Source: Acidobacteriota bacterium (GTDB lineage Bacteria; Acidobacteriota; Terriglobia; Terriglobales; Acidobacteriaceae). Taken from it: a stretch of 64,000 nucleotides of DNA. The stretch's first letter is position 1, and every line of letters begins with the position of its first letter. The position numbers and the translations under genes are program-made. The DNA lies in NCBI GenBank assembly GCA_031296105.1, contig JARLGJ010000039.1, positions 52,981 to 116,980 of the forward strand, read 5' to 3'. Of the stretch, positions 11,313-19,534 are shown piece after piece. The notes beneath the pieces were generated by a model. That model saw only the letters and a program-made list of their open reading frames with translations, did no database searches and was not told the origin of the DNA.

Positions 11313-13298
11313 ATGAGAGTGAATATCGCCACCAAGACCATGGTGCCCGCAGTGGCCCTGGTCACTCTGGGCATGACGCTGATTGGATGGATTGGCGGAA
11401 GCATGCTGGAGCGCGAAGTGCGGCGCAACGCCGAACGTCAGGTTAACGATTATCTTTCCAGCGCACACGAAAGCCTGAAGACCACCGACGAACTCAGCCG
11501 CGTCTCGGTGCACAGCGCCATGCGCGTGCTGCAGCGCGAGACCTCTGCCGCTGGCTCGGCCTCACTTGGTCCCGAGCGCGATTTCGCCGGACAGCGCGTG
11601 CCCGAACTGCGTTTTGGCTCCAGCGACGTGACCGGCAACTATGCCGTCGTCGATCGCATCAAGGAACTGACCCAGGCCACGGCCACTCTCTTCGTCCGCC
11701 GTGGCGACTCATTTGTGCGCGTCTCCACCAATGTGCTCAAGCCCGACGGCTCGCGCGCCGTTGGCACCGTGCTCGATCCCTCCGGCGCCGCCTACGCCGC
11801 CATTCGCCAGGGTCTGCCCTACTACGGCGCGGTGGACATTCTCGGGCAGCCCTACATGACCGGCTACGAGCCCCTGCGCGACACCCAGGGCAACGTCGTC
11901 GGCATCAGCTATACCGGTTATCCGCTTTCCGCCCTGGCCAGCCTGCAGCAGTTCGTAAACTCCAGCCGAATCCTCGAGCACGGCTATGTGGCCGTCATGC
12001 GGCCGGGTGGCAAAATCGCCTTCGCGCCCAAAGACATTTCCGCCGAGGAGCTGGCGCAGCGCTTGCAAGCCGGCAGCAACGGTGAGTGGACCATGGTGGA
12101 GCGCACCTACGCTCCCTGGAATTACCGCATCGCCGCTTTTTACCGCAATGACGAACTCACCGCGCAGAGCCATCACATGCGCTGGCTGCTGCTGGGCTGC
12201 GCCGCACTGCTGTCTGTCCTGCTCCTGTTCTGCCAGTATTACGTGCTCAGCCGCATCCTCCTCCGGCCGCTGCGCAACGTCACCGCGCGGCTGGACAACG
12301 CCGATGTCAACACCGCCTTCGCACAGAACGACGACGATGAACTCGGCGACCTCACCAGCAGCTTCAATCGCTTTGTCGCCGACATCCGCGAGACGCTGGT
12401 GCAGGTGGCCAAGGCCGCCGCGCAGCTTTCCGCCGCCGCCACCGAACTCACCGAAAACTCGCACCAGCTTGCCGACTCCGCGTCGCGTCAGCAGTCGCAG
12501 TCGGAGAGCGTGGTGAACTCCATGAACGCCATGTCGGAGAGCGCCACCCTGGTGGCCGGCAATTGCAAGGAAGCCGCCGGAGCCTCCGAACGCGCCTCAA
12601 CCAGCGCGCAGCAGGGCGGACACGTCGTGGAAGAAACCGTGGACACCATGCGCGGCATCGCCTCTTCGGTCAGCGAGAGCGCCGAACGCACCGAACAGCT
12701 CGGCCACCACTCCGAGGAGATCGGCCGCATCATCGGCGTCATCGATGACATTGCCGACCAGACCAACCTGCTCGCCTTGAACGCCGCCATTGAGGCCGCG
12801 CGCGCCGGAGAACAGGGCCGCGGCTTTGCCGTGGTGGCCGACGAGGTGCGCAAACTCGCCGAGCGCACCACCACCGCCACCAAGGAGATTGCCGGAATGA
12901 TCCAGAACATCCAGCAGGAAACCGGATCGGCGGTGGAGATGATGCGCCGGGGACGCGACAAGGTGGAAGCCGGCGTCAGCAGCGCCTCCCGCGCCGGCGA
13001 GCAGTTGCAGGCCATCATCCGGGATGGCCGCCGCGTGGGAGAGATGGTGGAGCAGATTGCCGAGGCCGCCTCCGCGCAAAGCTCCACCAGCACGCAAATG
13101 CTGGACAACATCGGCATCATCGCCGACCTCACGGCACAGCTCTCCAATGGCTCGCGCGAGGCGGCCACCGCCTGCGAGCACCTTTCGCAATTGGCCTATT
13201 CGTTGAATCAACTGGTGGAGCGCTTCCACATCGGCGAGCCGCACGCGCAGCCCGTGCCTCCGGTGGAGGAGTACGAACCCGCCTGGCATCGCGCCTGA
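11313..13298 (+). CDS. methyl-accepting chemotaxis protein with a periplasmic Cache-type sensor, a HAMP domain and an MA signalling domain
   Basis: The preferred start is the ATG at 11313 ([26 protein letters not shown]). The track ORF 11079.. runs through repeat DNA upstream. The Cache-like segment is [31 protein letters not shown]...[10 protein letters not shown]. The conserved MCP hairpin is [40 protein letters not shown]. Confidence 0.9.
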   Translation: MRVNIATKTMVPAVALVTLGMTLIGWIGGSMLEREVRRNAERQVNDYLSSAHESLKTTDELSRVSVHSAMRVLQRETSAAGSASLGPERDFAGQRVPELRFGSSDVTGNYAVVDRIKELTQATATLFVRRGDSFVRVSTNVLKPDGSRAVGTVLDPSGAAYAAIRQGLPYYGAVDILGQPYMTGYEPLRDTQGNVVGISYTGYPLSALASLQQFVNSSRILEHGYVAVMRPGGKIAFAPKDISAEELAQRLQAGSNGEWTMVERTYAPWNYRIAAFYRNDELTAQSHHMRWLLLGCAALLSVLLLFCQYYVLSRILLRPLRNVTARLDNADVNTAFAQNDDDELGDLTSSFNRFVADIRETLVQVAKAAAQLSAAATELTENSHQLADSASRQQSQSESVVNSMNAMSESATLVAGNCKEAAGASERASTSAQQGGHVVEETVDTMRGIASSVSESAERTEQLGHHSEEIGRIIGVIDDIADQTNLLALNAAIEAARAGEQGRGFAVVADEVRKLAERTTTATKEIAGMIQNIQQETGSAVEMMRRGRDKVEAGVSSASRAGEQLQAIIRDGRRVGEMVEQIAEAASAQSSTSTQMLDNIGIIADLTAQLSNGSREAATACEHLSQLAYSLNQLVERFHIGEPHAQPVPPVEEYEPAWHRA

Positions 13299-13306
13299 CG
13301 GCCGTT

Positions 13307-13397
13307 GTGCCCCAGGTTACGATGTCCGTTGTGTGTTGTGCCCCAGGTTCGCGAAGTTGTGCCCCAGGTTCGCGAAGCGCAGCGAAGCTAACCTGGG
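13307..13397 (+). repeat. CCCCAGGTT/AACCTGGG hairpin repeat with three tandem left arms and one right arm
   Basis: GTGCCCCAGGTT occurs at 13307, 13338 and 13359. Then comes CGCGAAGCGCAGCGAAGCT and AACCTGGG at 13390-13397. Confidence 0.85.
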
Positions 13398-13398
13398 T

Positions 13399-13556
13399 CT
13401 TTTGATCTTGCTTTTGTTTTTGATCTTGCTTTTGTCACCCTGAGCGCAGCATCCGGCGCAGCCGGATGCGAAGTCGAAGGGCCCCTACCTTACGCACAAC
13501 TCACCTCTGAATATTGTGCCCCAGGTTCGGACTGCGTAGCAGGCCTAACCTGGGTA
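13399..13556 (+). repeat. right copy of the composite repeat flanking the chemoreceptor gene
   Basis: It has the same module order as 11085..11220, with a duplicated TTTTGATCTTGC unit and an 11-nt insertion that completes the GCATCCGGC/GCCGGATGC hairpin. It ends in a CCCCAGGTT..AACCTGGG hairpin at 13516-13554. Confidence 0.8.
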
Positions 13557-13566
13557 AGCACCCTCT

Positions 13567-14499
13567 CTACTTCGCTCGTGGATGCGTCTTGTCGTACACG
13601 ACCATCACCTGCCGCGTGGTGAGCTGCGTGTAGCGTTGCGTGGTGCTCAGCCGCTCGTGTCCCAGCAGCTCCTGAATGGCGCGCAGGTCGGCGCCTTCTT
13701 CCAGCATGTGCGTGCCAAAGGCGTGGCGCAGCGTGTGCGGATGCACCTCGCGCGGTAGTCCTCCGGCCACGGCAATGGCTTTCACAATGCGTCCCACGCT
13801 GCGCGTGGTAAGGCGCGTGCCGTGCAGGTTCACCAGCAGCGCCGTCTCTTCTTTGCGCTGGCACTTTTCCAGCAGCGCGGCGCGCCTGGGGCGGTACGCG
13901 CGCAGAGCCTCTTCCGCCGTTTCGCCAAAGGGCACCAGCCGTTGCTTTTTGCCTTTGCCGCGCACCAGGATCAGTCCCCGCCGCTGTTGAATGTCTTCAA
14001 GGTTGATGCCCGTCAGTTCGCTGTTGCGGATGCCGCATCCGTAGAGCAGCTCCATGATGAGCCGGTCGCGCTCGGGGAATGAGTCTTCGGCGGGCAGCTT
14101 CGCATCCAGCACGGAGTTGATCTCCTCCATGGTGGGCACGCGCGGCAACTTTTTGGGCAGCTTGGGCGCTGTCAGCAGCAGCGCCGGATTCATCTCCACC
14201 ATGTGCTCGCGCCCCATCCATTTGAAGAACGAACGCAGCGAACTCAGCGCCCGCGCCACGCTCACCTTGCTCAGTCCGCGCTCGTATAGCTGAGACATGT
14301 AGGCGCGCAGCAGCGCGTGGTCCAGGGCCTTCAACTCCTCCGGCCCGGCAAACTTCGAGAACTCTTCCAGGTCCGTGCGGTAGGCCTTGATGGTGTGCAC
14401 CGAGGCATTGCGCTGCTCCAGCGCGCGCACAAAATTGGCCAGCGCGGCTGCCACCGGAGTTGGTGCGGGCGTCGGTGTTGCTGGCCTAGGCTCGCTCAT
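13567..14499 (-). CDS. xerC: tyrosine recombinase XerC-like
   Basis: 310 aa. The N-terminal SAM-like domain includes HTIKAYRTDLEEF. The catalytic region includes HTLRHAFGTHMLEEGADLRAIQELLGHERLSTTQRYTQL...HPRAK. Confidence 0.8.
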   Translation of the reverse strand: MSEPRPATPTPAPTPVAAALANFVRALEQRNASVHTIKAYRTDLEEFSKFAGPEELKALDHALLRAYMSQLYERGLSKVSVARALSSLRSFFKWMGREHMVEMNPALLLTAPKLPKKLPRVPTMEEINSVLDAKLPAEDSFPERDRLIMELLYGCGIRNSELTGINLEDIQQRRGLILVRGKGKKQRLVPFGETAEEALRAYRPRRAALLEKCQRKEETALLVNLHGTRLTTRSVGRIVKAIAVAGGLPREVHPHTLRHAFGTHMLEEGADLRAIQELLGHERLSTTQRYTQLTTRQVMVVYDKTHPRAK

Positions 14500-15443
14500 G
14501 CCTGCGGCTCCGGCGGCTCCGCCTTGTGCCGCCGCGCCCGCGGATGGTGCTCGGCATACACCTTTTGCAGGTGGTCCAGCGCCACGTGCGTATAAATCTG
14601 TGTGGTGGCAATGTCGGCGTGGCCCAGCACCGTCTGCACCGTGCGCAGGTCGGCGCCGCGGGCCACCATGTGCGTGGCCGCCGAGTGGCGCAGCATGTGC
14701 GGAGAGGCGTGGCGTCCCGCGGCCTTCGACGCAAGATCCACAATCATCCAGATCCGCGTCCGCGTCAGCTTATGCCCGCCTTGCGCCAGGAACAGATGCG
14801 GCGAAGTGCGGCGCCCCGCCAGCACCGGCCGCGCCTGCCGCAAGTAGTCGCGCACGGCCGCCTGCGCCGGAGCGCCCAGCGGCACAATTCTTTCCTTGTC
14901 GCCCTTGCCGCGCACCATCATGCAGCCCGCGTCGAGCTTGGTGTCCTCCACGCGCACGTCCACCAGTTCGCTCACGCGCAAGGCTCCGGCGTAGAGCACC
15001 TCCAGCATGGCGCGGTCGCGCAGGGCCAGCGCCTTGGACAGACGCGAATCCGAGACCGCCCGGGGACTTTCCACCAGCGCCGTGGTCTCCTCTTCGCTCA
15101 ACGCCTTGGGCAGCACCTTCCATTGCTTTGGCGTGTCCACGTCCAGCGTGGGATCGTACTCGATCGCTTTTTCCAGCAGCAGATAGCGGTAGAAGCGGCG
15201 CAGCGCGCTCAGCTTGCGGGCAATCGAGCGCGAGTCCATGCCGTGCCCCAGCAGATGTTCCATCAGCGCCTGCATGTCTTCGCGCGTGGCGTCCAGCACG
15301 GTGCGGCCGCGCCCGTCCAGAAATTCGCTCCATAGCTTCAGATCGCCCAGGTAGCTGGAAACCGTCAAAGGGGCCAGCCCCAGCTCCGCCCGTAAAAATA
15401 TGCCGAAGCCCATCACCGCGCGCTCTGAGGCCGGGGTTGCCAT
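14496..15443 (-). CDS. xerD: tyrosine recombinase XerD-like
   Basis: The preferred start is the ATG at 15443 (MATPASERAVMGFGIF...), because the longer track ORF runs through the tRNA gene. The catalytic region is HMLRHSAATHMVARGADLRTVQTVLGHADIATTQIYTHV...HHPRA. It overlaps the xerC start by 4 bp. Confidence 0.8.
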   Translation of the reverse strand: MATPASERAVMGFGIFLRAELGLAPLTVSSYLGDLKLWSEFLDGRGRTVLDATREDMQALMEHLLGHGMDSRSIARKLSALRRFYRYLLLEKAIEYDPTLDVDTPKQWKVLPKALSEEETTALVESPRAVSDSRLSKALALRDRAMLEVLYAGALRVSELVDVRVEDTKLDAGCMMVRGKGDKERIVPLGAPAQAAVRDYLRQARPVLAGRRTSPHLFLAQGGHKLTRTRIWMIVDLASKAAGRHASPHMLRHSAATHMVARGADLRTVQTVLGHADIATTQIYTHVALDHLQKVYAEHHPRARRHKAEPPEPQA

Positions 15444-15486
15444 GCTGCCAGTATCGCCGCCCGGGGACGGCCGGAGAATGGCTTCC

Positions 15487-15514
15487 TTGGTACTCGGCCC
15501 GCTTCGGGTATAAT
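15487..15514 (+). promoter_or_regulatory. candidate sigma70-type promoter for tRNA-Arg
   Basis: TTGGTA (15487-15492), a 16-nt spacer, then TATAAT (15509-15514). It ends about 9 nt before the tRNA 5' end. Confidence 0.5.
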
Positions 15515-15523
15515 GACAAAAGC

Positions 15524-15600
15524 GCGCCCGTAGCTCAGCTGGATAGAGCGAATGCCTCCGGAGCATTAGGTCGGGAGTTCGAATCTCTCCGGGCGCACCA
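15524..15600 (+). tRNA. tRNA-Arg (anticodon CCG), CCA encoded
   Basis: Manual cloverleaf: acceptor GCGCCCG/CGGGCGC, D arm GCTC..GAGC, anticodon stem AATGC/GCATT with loop CTCCGGA, T arm GGGAG-TTCGAAT-CTCTC, then the discriminator A and CCA. Confidence 0.9.
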
Positions 15601-15685
15601 TACCTCCCTCTGCTCCACTCCCACCATTCAAACACTGTCCCGCCACGCGCCCCAACTCCCCAGTGTTCGTACAAATTGCTATATT

Positions 15686-15705
15686 TAGTCTGTAGATATC
15701 TAGTC
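15686..15705 (+). promoter_or_regulatory. candidate C-box/operator upstream of the controller gene
   Basis: TAGTC-tg-TAGATATCTA-GTC. A perfect 10-bp AT-rich palindrome sits at 15693-15702, and TAGTC direct repeats sit at 15686 and 15701. The site ends 26 nt upstream of the C-protein ATG. Confidence 0.4.
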
Positions 15706-15730
15706 ATCTCGCGCCCCACACTCGTCCTCG

Positions 15731-15964
15731 ATGCCGCGACAAAACCCAAATCTCCTGCTAGCCGGTAAACTACGCTCGCTCAGAAAGCGGCGTGGCTGGT
15801 CGCAGGAAGCCATGGCCGAGCATTGTGGACTTCACAGAACCTATATCGGTGCCATTGAGCGCGGAGAGCGGAATGTGACTCTCGACACGCTCGAACAATT
15901 GGCCGATGCTTTGGGCGTGAGTGCGGCAGAACTCATCACGGGAACCCTATCCAAGCGTGCCTAA
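15731..15964 (+). CDS. XRE-family HTH protein of the restriction-modification controller (C-protein) type
   Basis: 77 aa. LRSLRKRRGWSQEAMAEHCGLHRTYIGAIERGERNVTLDTLEQLADALGV matches the characteristic C-protein pattern GLxRxYIxxIERGxRNxTL. Confidence 0.8.
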   Translation: MPRQNPNLLLAGKLRSLRKRRGWSQEAMAEHCGLHRTYIGAIERGERNVTLDTLEQLADALGVSAAELITGTLSKRA

Positions 15965-16655
15965 ACTGCCACCTCTCTTTGCCGAACAGATTAAGGGCGT
16001 CACGAATAAGCGGGCCCGCCTGGTGCTGGACCGTATCGCCCGCAACGGCAGTATCACAACCGAAGAGTTGAAGAATCTAGGGTATGATCATCCTCCGCGG
16101 GCCCGCATGGATGCCATCGATCTCGGCTTCCCCATGAAGACCACAAGGGTCAAGAGCAGCGATGGGAAGAAAAACATCGCCTCCTATTCCTTCGATTTAA
16201 GTGGAATGCTCGGTGAGCCGGGAAAGTCGGGGCGGCTTGCAGTACCCAAAAAGCAGCGGGAAGCCATCCTTGCCGAAGCCGGGAATCGGTGTGAGCTGTG
16301 CGGCGCTACTCACGATTTGCAGATTGACCATCGTGTGCCCTACCAGGTGGCGGGTGAATCGCTCAAAGACGCCCCAAAGCCATACATGGCTTTGGATGGC
16401 CGTTGTAACCGCCGCAAGTCCTGGGAATGCGAACACTGTAGAAATTTTGCAAAGGGACGCATAGCAAGCGTCTGCGAGAGGTGTTACTGGGCCAATCCCA
16501 TGGAGCATACACACGTCGCGATGAGCCCTATCCGAAGGGTAGATGTGATTTGGGAAGGAAACGACTGCAAGGCATTCGACGCATTCCGCTCATGCAATGC
16601 GAAAGCGGGAAAGACGGTTGCGGAAAGTCTGAAAGAGCTACTTCAGCGACAATAG
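15921..16655 (+). CDS. HNH (beta-beta-alpha-Me) nuclease, candidate type II restriction endonuclease
   Basis: The zinc-finger-framed HNH core is CELCGATHDLQIDHRVPYQVAGE...CNRRKSWECEHC. An alternative GTG start at 15957 lies 5 nt upstream of the C-gene stop codon (15962-15964), so the two reading frames overlap. The 3' end overlaps the convergent methylase gene by 18 bp. Confidence 0.7.
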   Translation: MRQNSSREPYPSVPKLPPLFAEQIKGVTNKRARLVLDRIARNGSITTEELKNLGYDHPPRARMDAIDLGFPMKTTRVKSSDGKKNIASYSFDLSGMLGEPGKSGRLAVPKKQREAILAEAGNRCELCGATHDLQIDHRVPYQVAGESLKDAPKPYMALDGRCNRRKSWECEHCRNFAKGRIASVCERCYWANPMEHTHVAMSPIRRVDVIWEGNDCKAFDAFRSCNAKAGKTVAESLKELLQRQ

Positions 16656-17561
16656 AGGCATTTGCTGTGCAAAATGCTCCAACGGCACGGGCTCTAACGG
16701 AACTCCCTGCACTGCCAGCCGCTGCGATAGGTAGACAGACTCGACGCTATCGGCATTCCGTCCATTGAGCGTTGCCTGGCTGGACCTGCCAACGTTCAGC
16801 AGCACCCGGTGTGTGTTCAAATGCTCCGGCAATGGCTCGCCGTACACCTTGTCTCCGCAGTGGCCATCGTAACTCAGGATAAACTGCACATCCCGGCGAT
16901 TGAGGTCTGTCAGCAAGTCCACAATGGCAGTCCGAGAAACACTCTGAAAGTAGCGGCTGTCTCTTCCTTCGCTTGTCCCCTGGTAAGGCGGATCGAGGTA
17001 CACGATGTCTTCGGTTCCTGCTTCTTCCAGTACCTGCCGGAAATCTCCGCATCGAACCCGGCAACGGCCCTGAAGCGCTCTATGAGCGGCCAGGATTTCC
17101 TTCTCCATGGTGTCCGGATGGGTTCCCGTTCGGCGCTTGTCCGCTGACTGATTGAAGTCTCCGGACGGATTGAACCGGACTGCATTTTTCACACATCGCG
17201 CCAGCAAGAAAAGGAGCTTCGCAGGATCATGCCCGGCGTTGAATTCCGCGCGAATCTGGTTGTACCGTTCGTTCTTGTCGCCGGTAAACTGCGACTCCCA
17301 AAGCTCGCGATACGCCCGGCACAGAATATCCGGATGCTCGACGATCTCTGTCCATAGGGCAGCAAGCGGCGGCAAAACGTCGGCGATGAGGTACTCGTCG
17401 CACAACCCGGCTCTCGACGCAGCCAGGGTGATCGCGGCCGATCCGGCAAAAGGCTCTATCAAACGCCGGAACCGGCCCTTTGGGACAAACGAAAGGATCG
17501 CCGTCGCAAGCCTTCGCTTGCTTCCTTGATACGGGATCGGATGGGGGACGGAGTAACGCAT
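16638..17561 (-). CDS. D12-class (Dam-like, alpha group) N6-adenine DNA methyltransferase
   Basis: 307 aa. The N-terminal PYQGSKRRL and the EPFAGSAA AdoMet motif precede the catalytic DPPY (VYLDPPYQG). Confidence 0.85.
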   Translation of the reverse strand: MRYSVPHPIPYQGSKRRLATAILSFVPKGRFRRLIEPFAGSAAITLAASRAGLCDEYLIADVLPPLAALWTEIVEHPDILCRAYRELWESQFTGDKNERYNQIRAEFNAGHDPAKLLFLLARCVKNAVRFNPSGDFNQSADKRRTGTHPDTMEKEILAAHRALQGRCRVRCGDFRQVLEEAGTEDIVYLDPPYQGTSEGRDSRYFQSVSRTAIVDLLTDLNRRDVQFILSYDGHCGDKVYGEPLPEHLNTHRVLLNVGRSSQATLNGRNADSVESVYLSQRLAVQGVPLEPVPLEHFAQQMPLLSLK

Positions 17562-17574
17562 GATTCTCTGCTGT

Positions 17575-17584
17575 ATGTATACAT
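17575..17584. promoter_or_regulatory. perfect 10-bp AT-rich palindrome ATGTATACAT just upstream of the methyltransferase start
   Basis: It begins 14 nt upstream of the methylase ATG (17561), in otherwise GC-rich DNA. Confidence 0.35.
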
Positions 17585-17636
17585 CACGCCAATTGCCCAG
17601 TCCTAATCACTGCCACCAATCGAGTGGTTATTGCCG

Positions 17637-17675
17637 CGTGCCCCAGGTTCGGACTGCGAAGCATGCCTAACCTGG
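17637..17675 (+). repeat. CCCCAGGTT/AACCTGGG hairpin repeat (loop subtype CGGACTGCGaAGCAtGCCT)
   Basis: GTGCCCCAGGTTCGGACTGCGAAGCATGCCTAACCTGGG. The loop subtype matches the copy at 13516-13554. Confidence 0.85.
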
Positions 17676-17856
17676 GTGGACAACCCTGGTAGAGTTCCCG
17701 GTTGCGATATGTCCGATAATCTTCTGTCAAGCCCCCGCCGTCGCCGGATTCTCCGCATCCCATTGAGCCCCAAAGAGAAATAATCCCGCCTCGGGGTGAG
17801 GGGATACCACCCTCCAATTTGCTATTCTGGATTTAGGGACCAATGTTCAGCTGAGT

Positions 17857-17920
17857 GTGCCCCCAGAGCCTGCCCTGAGCTGAGCGAAGGGTTTGCGAAG
17901 CGTAGCGTAGCTAACCTGGG
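17857..17920 (+). repeat. CCCCAGGTT/AACCTGGG-family repeat with its left arm interrupted by a CCCTGAGC..GAGCGAAGGG element
   Basis: GTGCCCCCAG | agcctgCCCTGAGCTGAGCGAAGGG | TTTGCGAAGCGTAGCGTAGCTAACCTGGG. Confidence 0.7.
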
Positions 17921-18068
17921 TGTATCGCTATGCAACCTGTTTCTTTTCAATATTTTCCCTCTAACCCACGTAGAATGAATATTTTGCCTGATCTTCCTCC
18001 GTCAAGCTCTTTGTTCTCAAGAATTTGACTCAAAACAGGGGGGGTAGGGGGTATCCCTGTCGCCGCCC

Positions 18069-18102
18069 AAAATAAAGCAGGGGATGCCCGTAGGCATCCC
18101 CC
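18069..18102 (-). terminator. rho-independent terminator after trpB2
   Basis: The minus-strand RNA reads GGGGAUGCC-UACG-GGCAUCCCC followed by UGCUUUAUUUU. Confidence 0.75.
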
Positions 18103-18122
18103 TGTGTCTGAAAGAACTGGCG

Positions 18123-19424
18123 CTATTCGTCCAGCAGTTTGCCCTGCAGGTAGGCGTCGTAGGCCGTCAGGTCCAGCAGTCCGTGGCCGCTCAGGTTGAA
18201 GACGATGACTTTCTTCTTCCCTTCCTCGCGCGCCTTTTTCGCCTCTTCCACCGCGGCCTTAATGGCGTGCGAGGATTCCGGCGCGGGCACCAGGCCCTCG
18301 GTGCGGGCAAACAGCACGGCGGCCTCGAACACCGAGGTTTGCGGATAGGCCACGGCCTCCAGCAGTCCCAGCTTACGGGCATGGCTCACCATGGGAGACA
18401 TGCCGTGGTAGCGCAATCCGCCGGCGTGGATCGAGGGCGGCATGAAGTCGTGCCCCAGGGTGTACATCTGCATCAACGGCGTCATGCCCGCGGTGTCGCC
18501 AAAGTCGTAGCGCAGCTCGCCCTTGGTGAGCGTGGGGCAGGACGAGGGTTCCACGGCCAGCACGCGCGTCTTGCAGTTTTCCGCGATCTTCTTGCGCAGG
18601 TACGGGAAGGCGATACCGGCAAAGTTGCTGCCCCCTCCGGCGCAACCGATCACCACGTCCGGCTCTTCGCCGGCCTGCTCCATCTGCTGGATGCACTCTT
18701 CGCCGATCACCGTCTGGTGCAGGCACACGTGGTTCAGCACACTGCCCAGTGCGTACTTAGTGCCGGGATTTTTGACCGTATCCTCCACCGCCTCGCTGAT
18801 GGCGATGCCCAGGCTGCCGGGACAGTTCGGGTCTTCGGCCAGAACCTTGCGCCCGAACTCGGTGGCCTGGCTCGGACTGGCCAGCACCGACGCGCCGTAG
18901 GTCTGCATCAGCAGGCGGCGATAGGGCTTCTGGTCGTAGCTGACGCGCACCATCCACACCGCGCACTCCAATCCGAAGATCTGGCTGGCCAGCGCCAGCG
19001 ACGTGCCCCACTGTCCGGCGCCGGTCTCGGTGGCCAGGCGCTTGGTGCCCGCAATCTTGTTGTAGTACGCCTGCGGCACGGCGGTGTTGGGCTTGTGGCT
19101 GCCCACGGGGCTGGAGCCTTCGTACTTGTAGTAGATGTGTGCCGGCGTATCCAGAGCTTTTTCCAGGCGCACGGCGCGCAGCAGCGGCGTGGGACGCCAC
19201 AGGGCATACACGTCGCGCACCGGCTCGGGAATTTCAATCCAGCGCTCCGCGCTCATCTCCTGCGCCACCAGATTCTCCGGAAAGATGGCGTACATGTCGC
19301 TGGGCGAGATCGGCTGGCGCGTTCCAGGATGCAGCGGCGGCGCCATCGGCTCGGAAAAATCCGCCGCCAGGTTGTACCAATGGGTAGGGATCGAGGACTG
19401 CGGCAACGTGAAACGCGTCTGCAT
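18123..19424 (-). CDS. TrpB2-type tryptophan synthase beta-like PLP enzyme
   Basis: The preferred start is the ATG at 19424 ([22 protein letters not shown]...). [19 protein letters not shown] contains the PLP lysine motif. No trpA gene is adjacent. Confidence 0.85.
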   Translation of the reverse strand: MQTRFTLPQSSIPTHWYNLAADFSEPMAPPLHPGTRQPISPSDMYAIFPENLVAQEMSAERWIEIPEPVRDVYALWRPTPLLRAVRLEKALDTPAHIYYKYEGSSPVGSHKPNTAVPQAYYNKIAGTKRLATETGAGQWGTSLALASQIFGLECAVWMVRVSYDQKPYRRLLMQTYGASVLASPSQATEFGRKVLAEDPNCPGSLGIAISEAVEDTVKNPGTKYALGSVLNHVCLHQTVIGEECIQQMEQAGEEPDVVIGCAGGGSNFAGIAFPYLRKKIAENCKTRVLAVEPSSCPTLTKGELRYDFGDTAGMTPLMQMYTLGHDFMPPSIHAGGLRYHGMSPMVSHARKLGLLEAVAYPQTSVFEAAVLFARTEGLVPAPESSHAIKAAVEEAKKAREEGKKKVIVFNLSGHGLLDLTAYDAYLQGKLLDE

Positions 19425-19534
19425 GGAACGGCACTCCGTAATGTGTTGGATTGAAGATTTGAGAGTACTCGCCCCCTGCGGACGGGTCAACGATTTTGCG
19501 CCCCGCGGCGGCGGCGCGCGCTACACTATCCGGC

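Noticed and set aside
13567-15443. The tandem tyrosine recombinases acting as the integrase pair of the tRNA-linked cassette or of the repeat-flanked MCP.
   Set aside because: Both have full-length canonical XerC/XerD features and native-looking GC-rich codon usage. They lie on the 5' side of the tRNA, away from the cassette. A housekeeping role is more likely, and the adjacency is reported only as an observation.
14387-15749. Long ORFs on both strands: 14387..15688 (+), and the 5' extension of the xerD ORF to 15749 (-).
   Set aside because: Both run straight through the tRNA-Arg gene. The plus-strand product is Pro/Ala/Arg low complexity. xerD is better started at 15443, downstream of the tRNA.
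17562-18068. A direct repeat of the tRNA-Arg 3' end, which would mark the right attachment site of an integrated island.
   Set aside because: I found no match longer than about 6 nt to TCGGGAGTTCGAATCTCTCCGGGCGCACCA. The right boundary of the R-M cassette therefore remains undefined.
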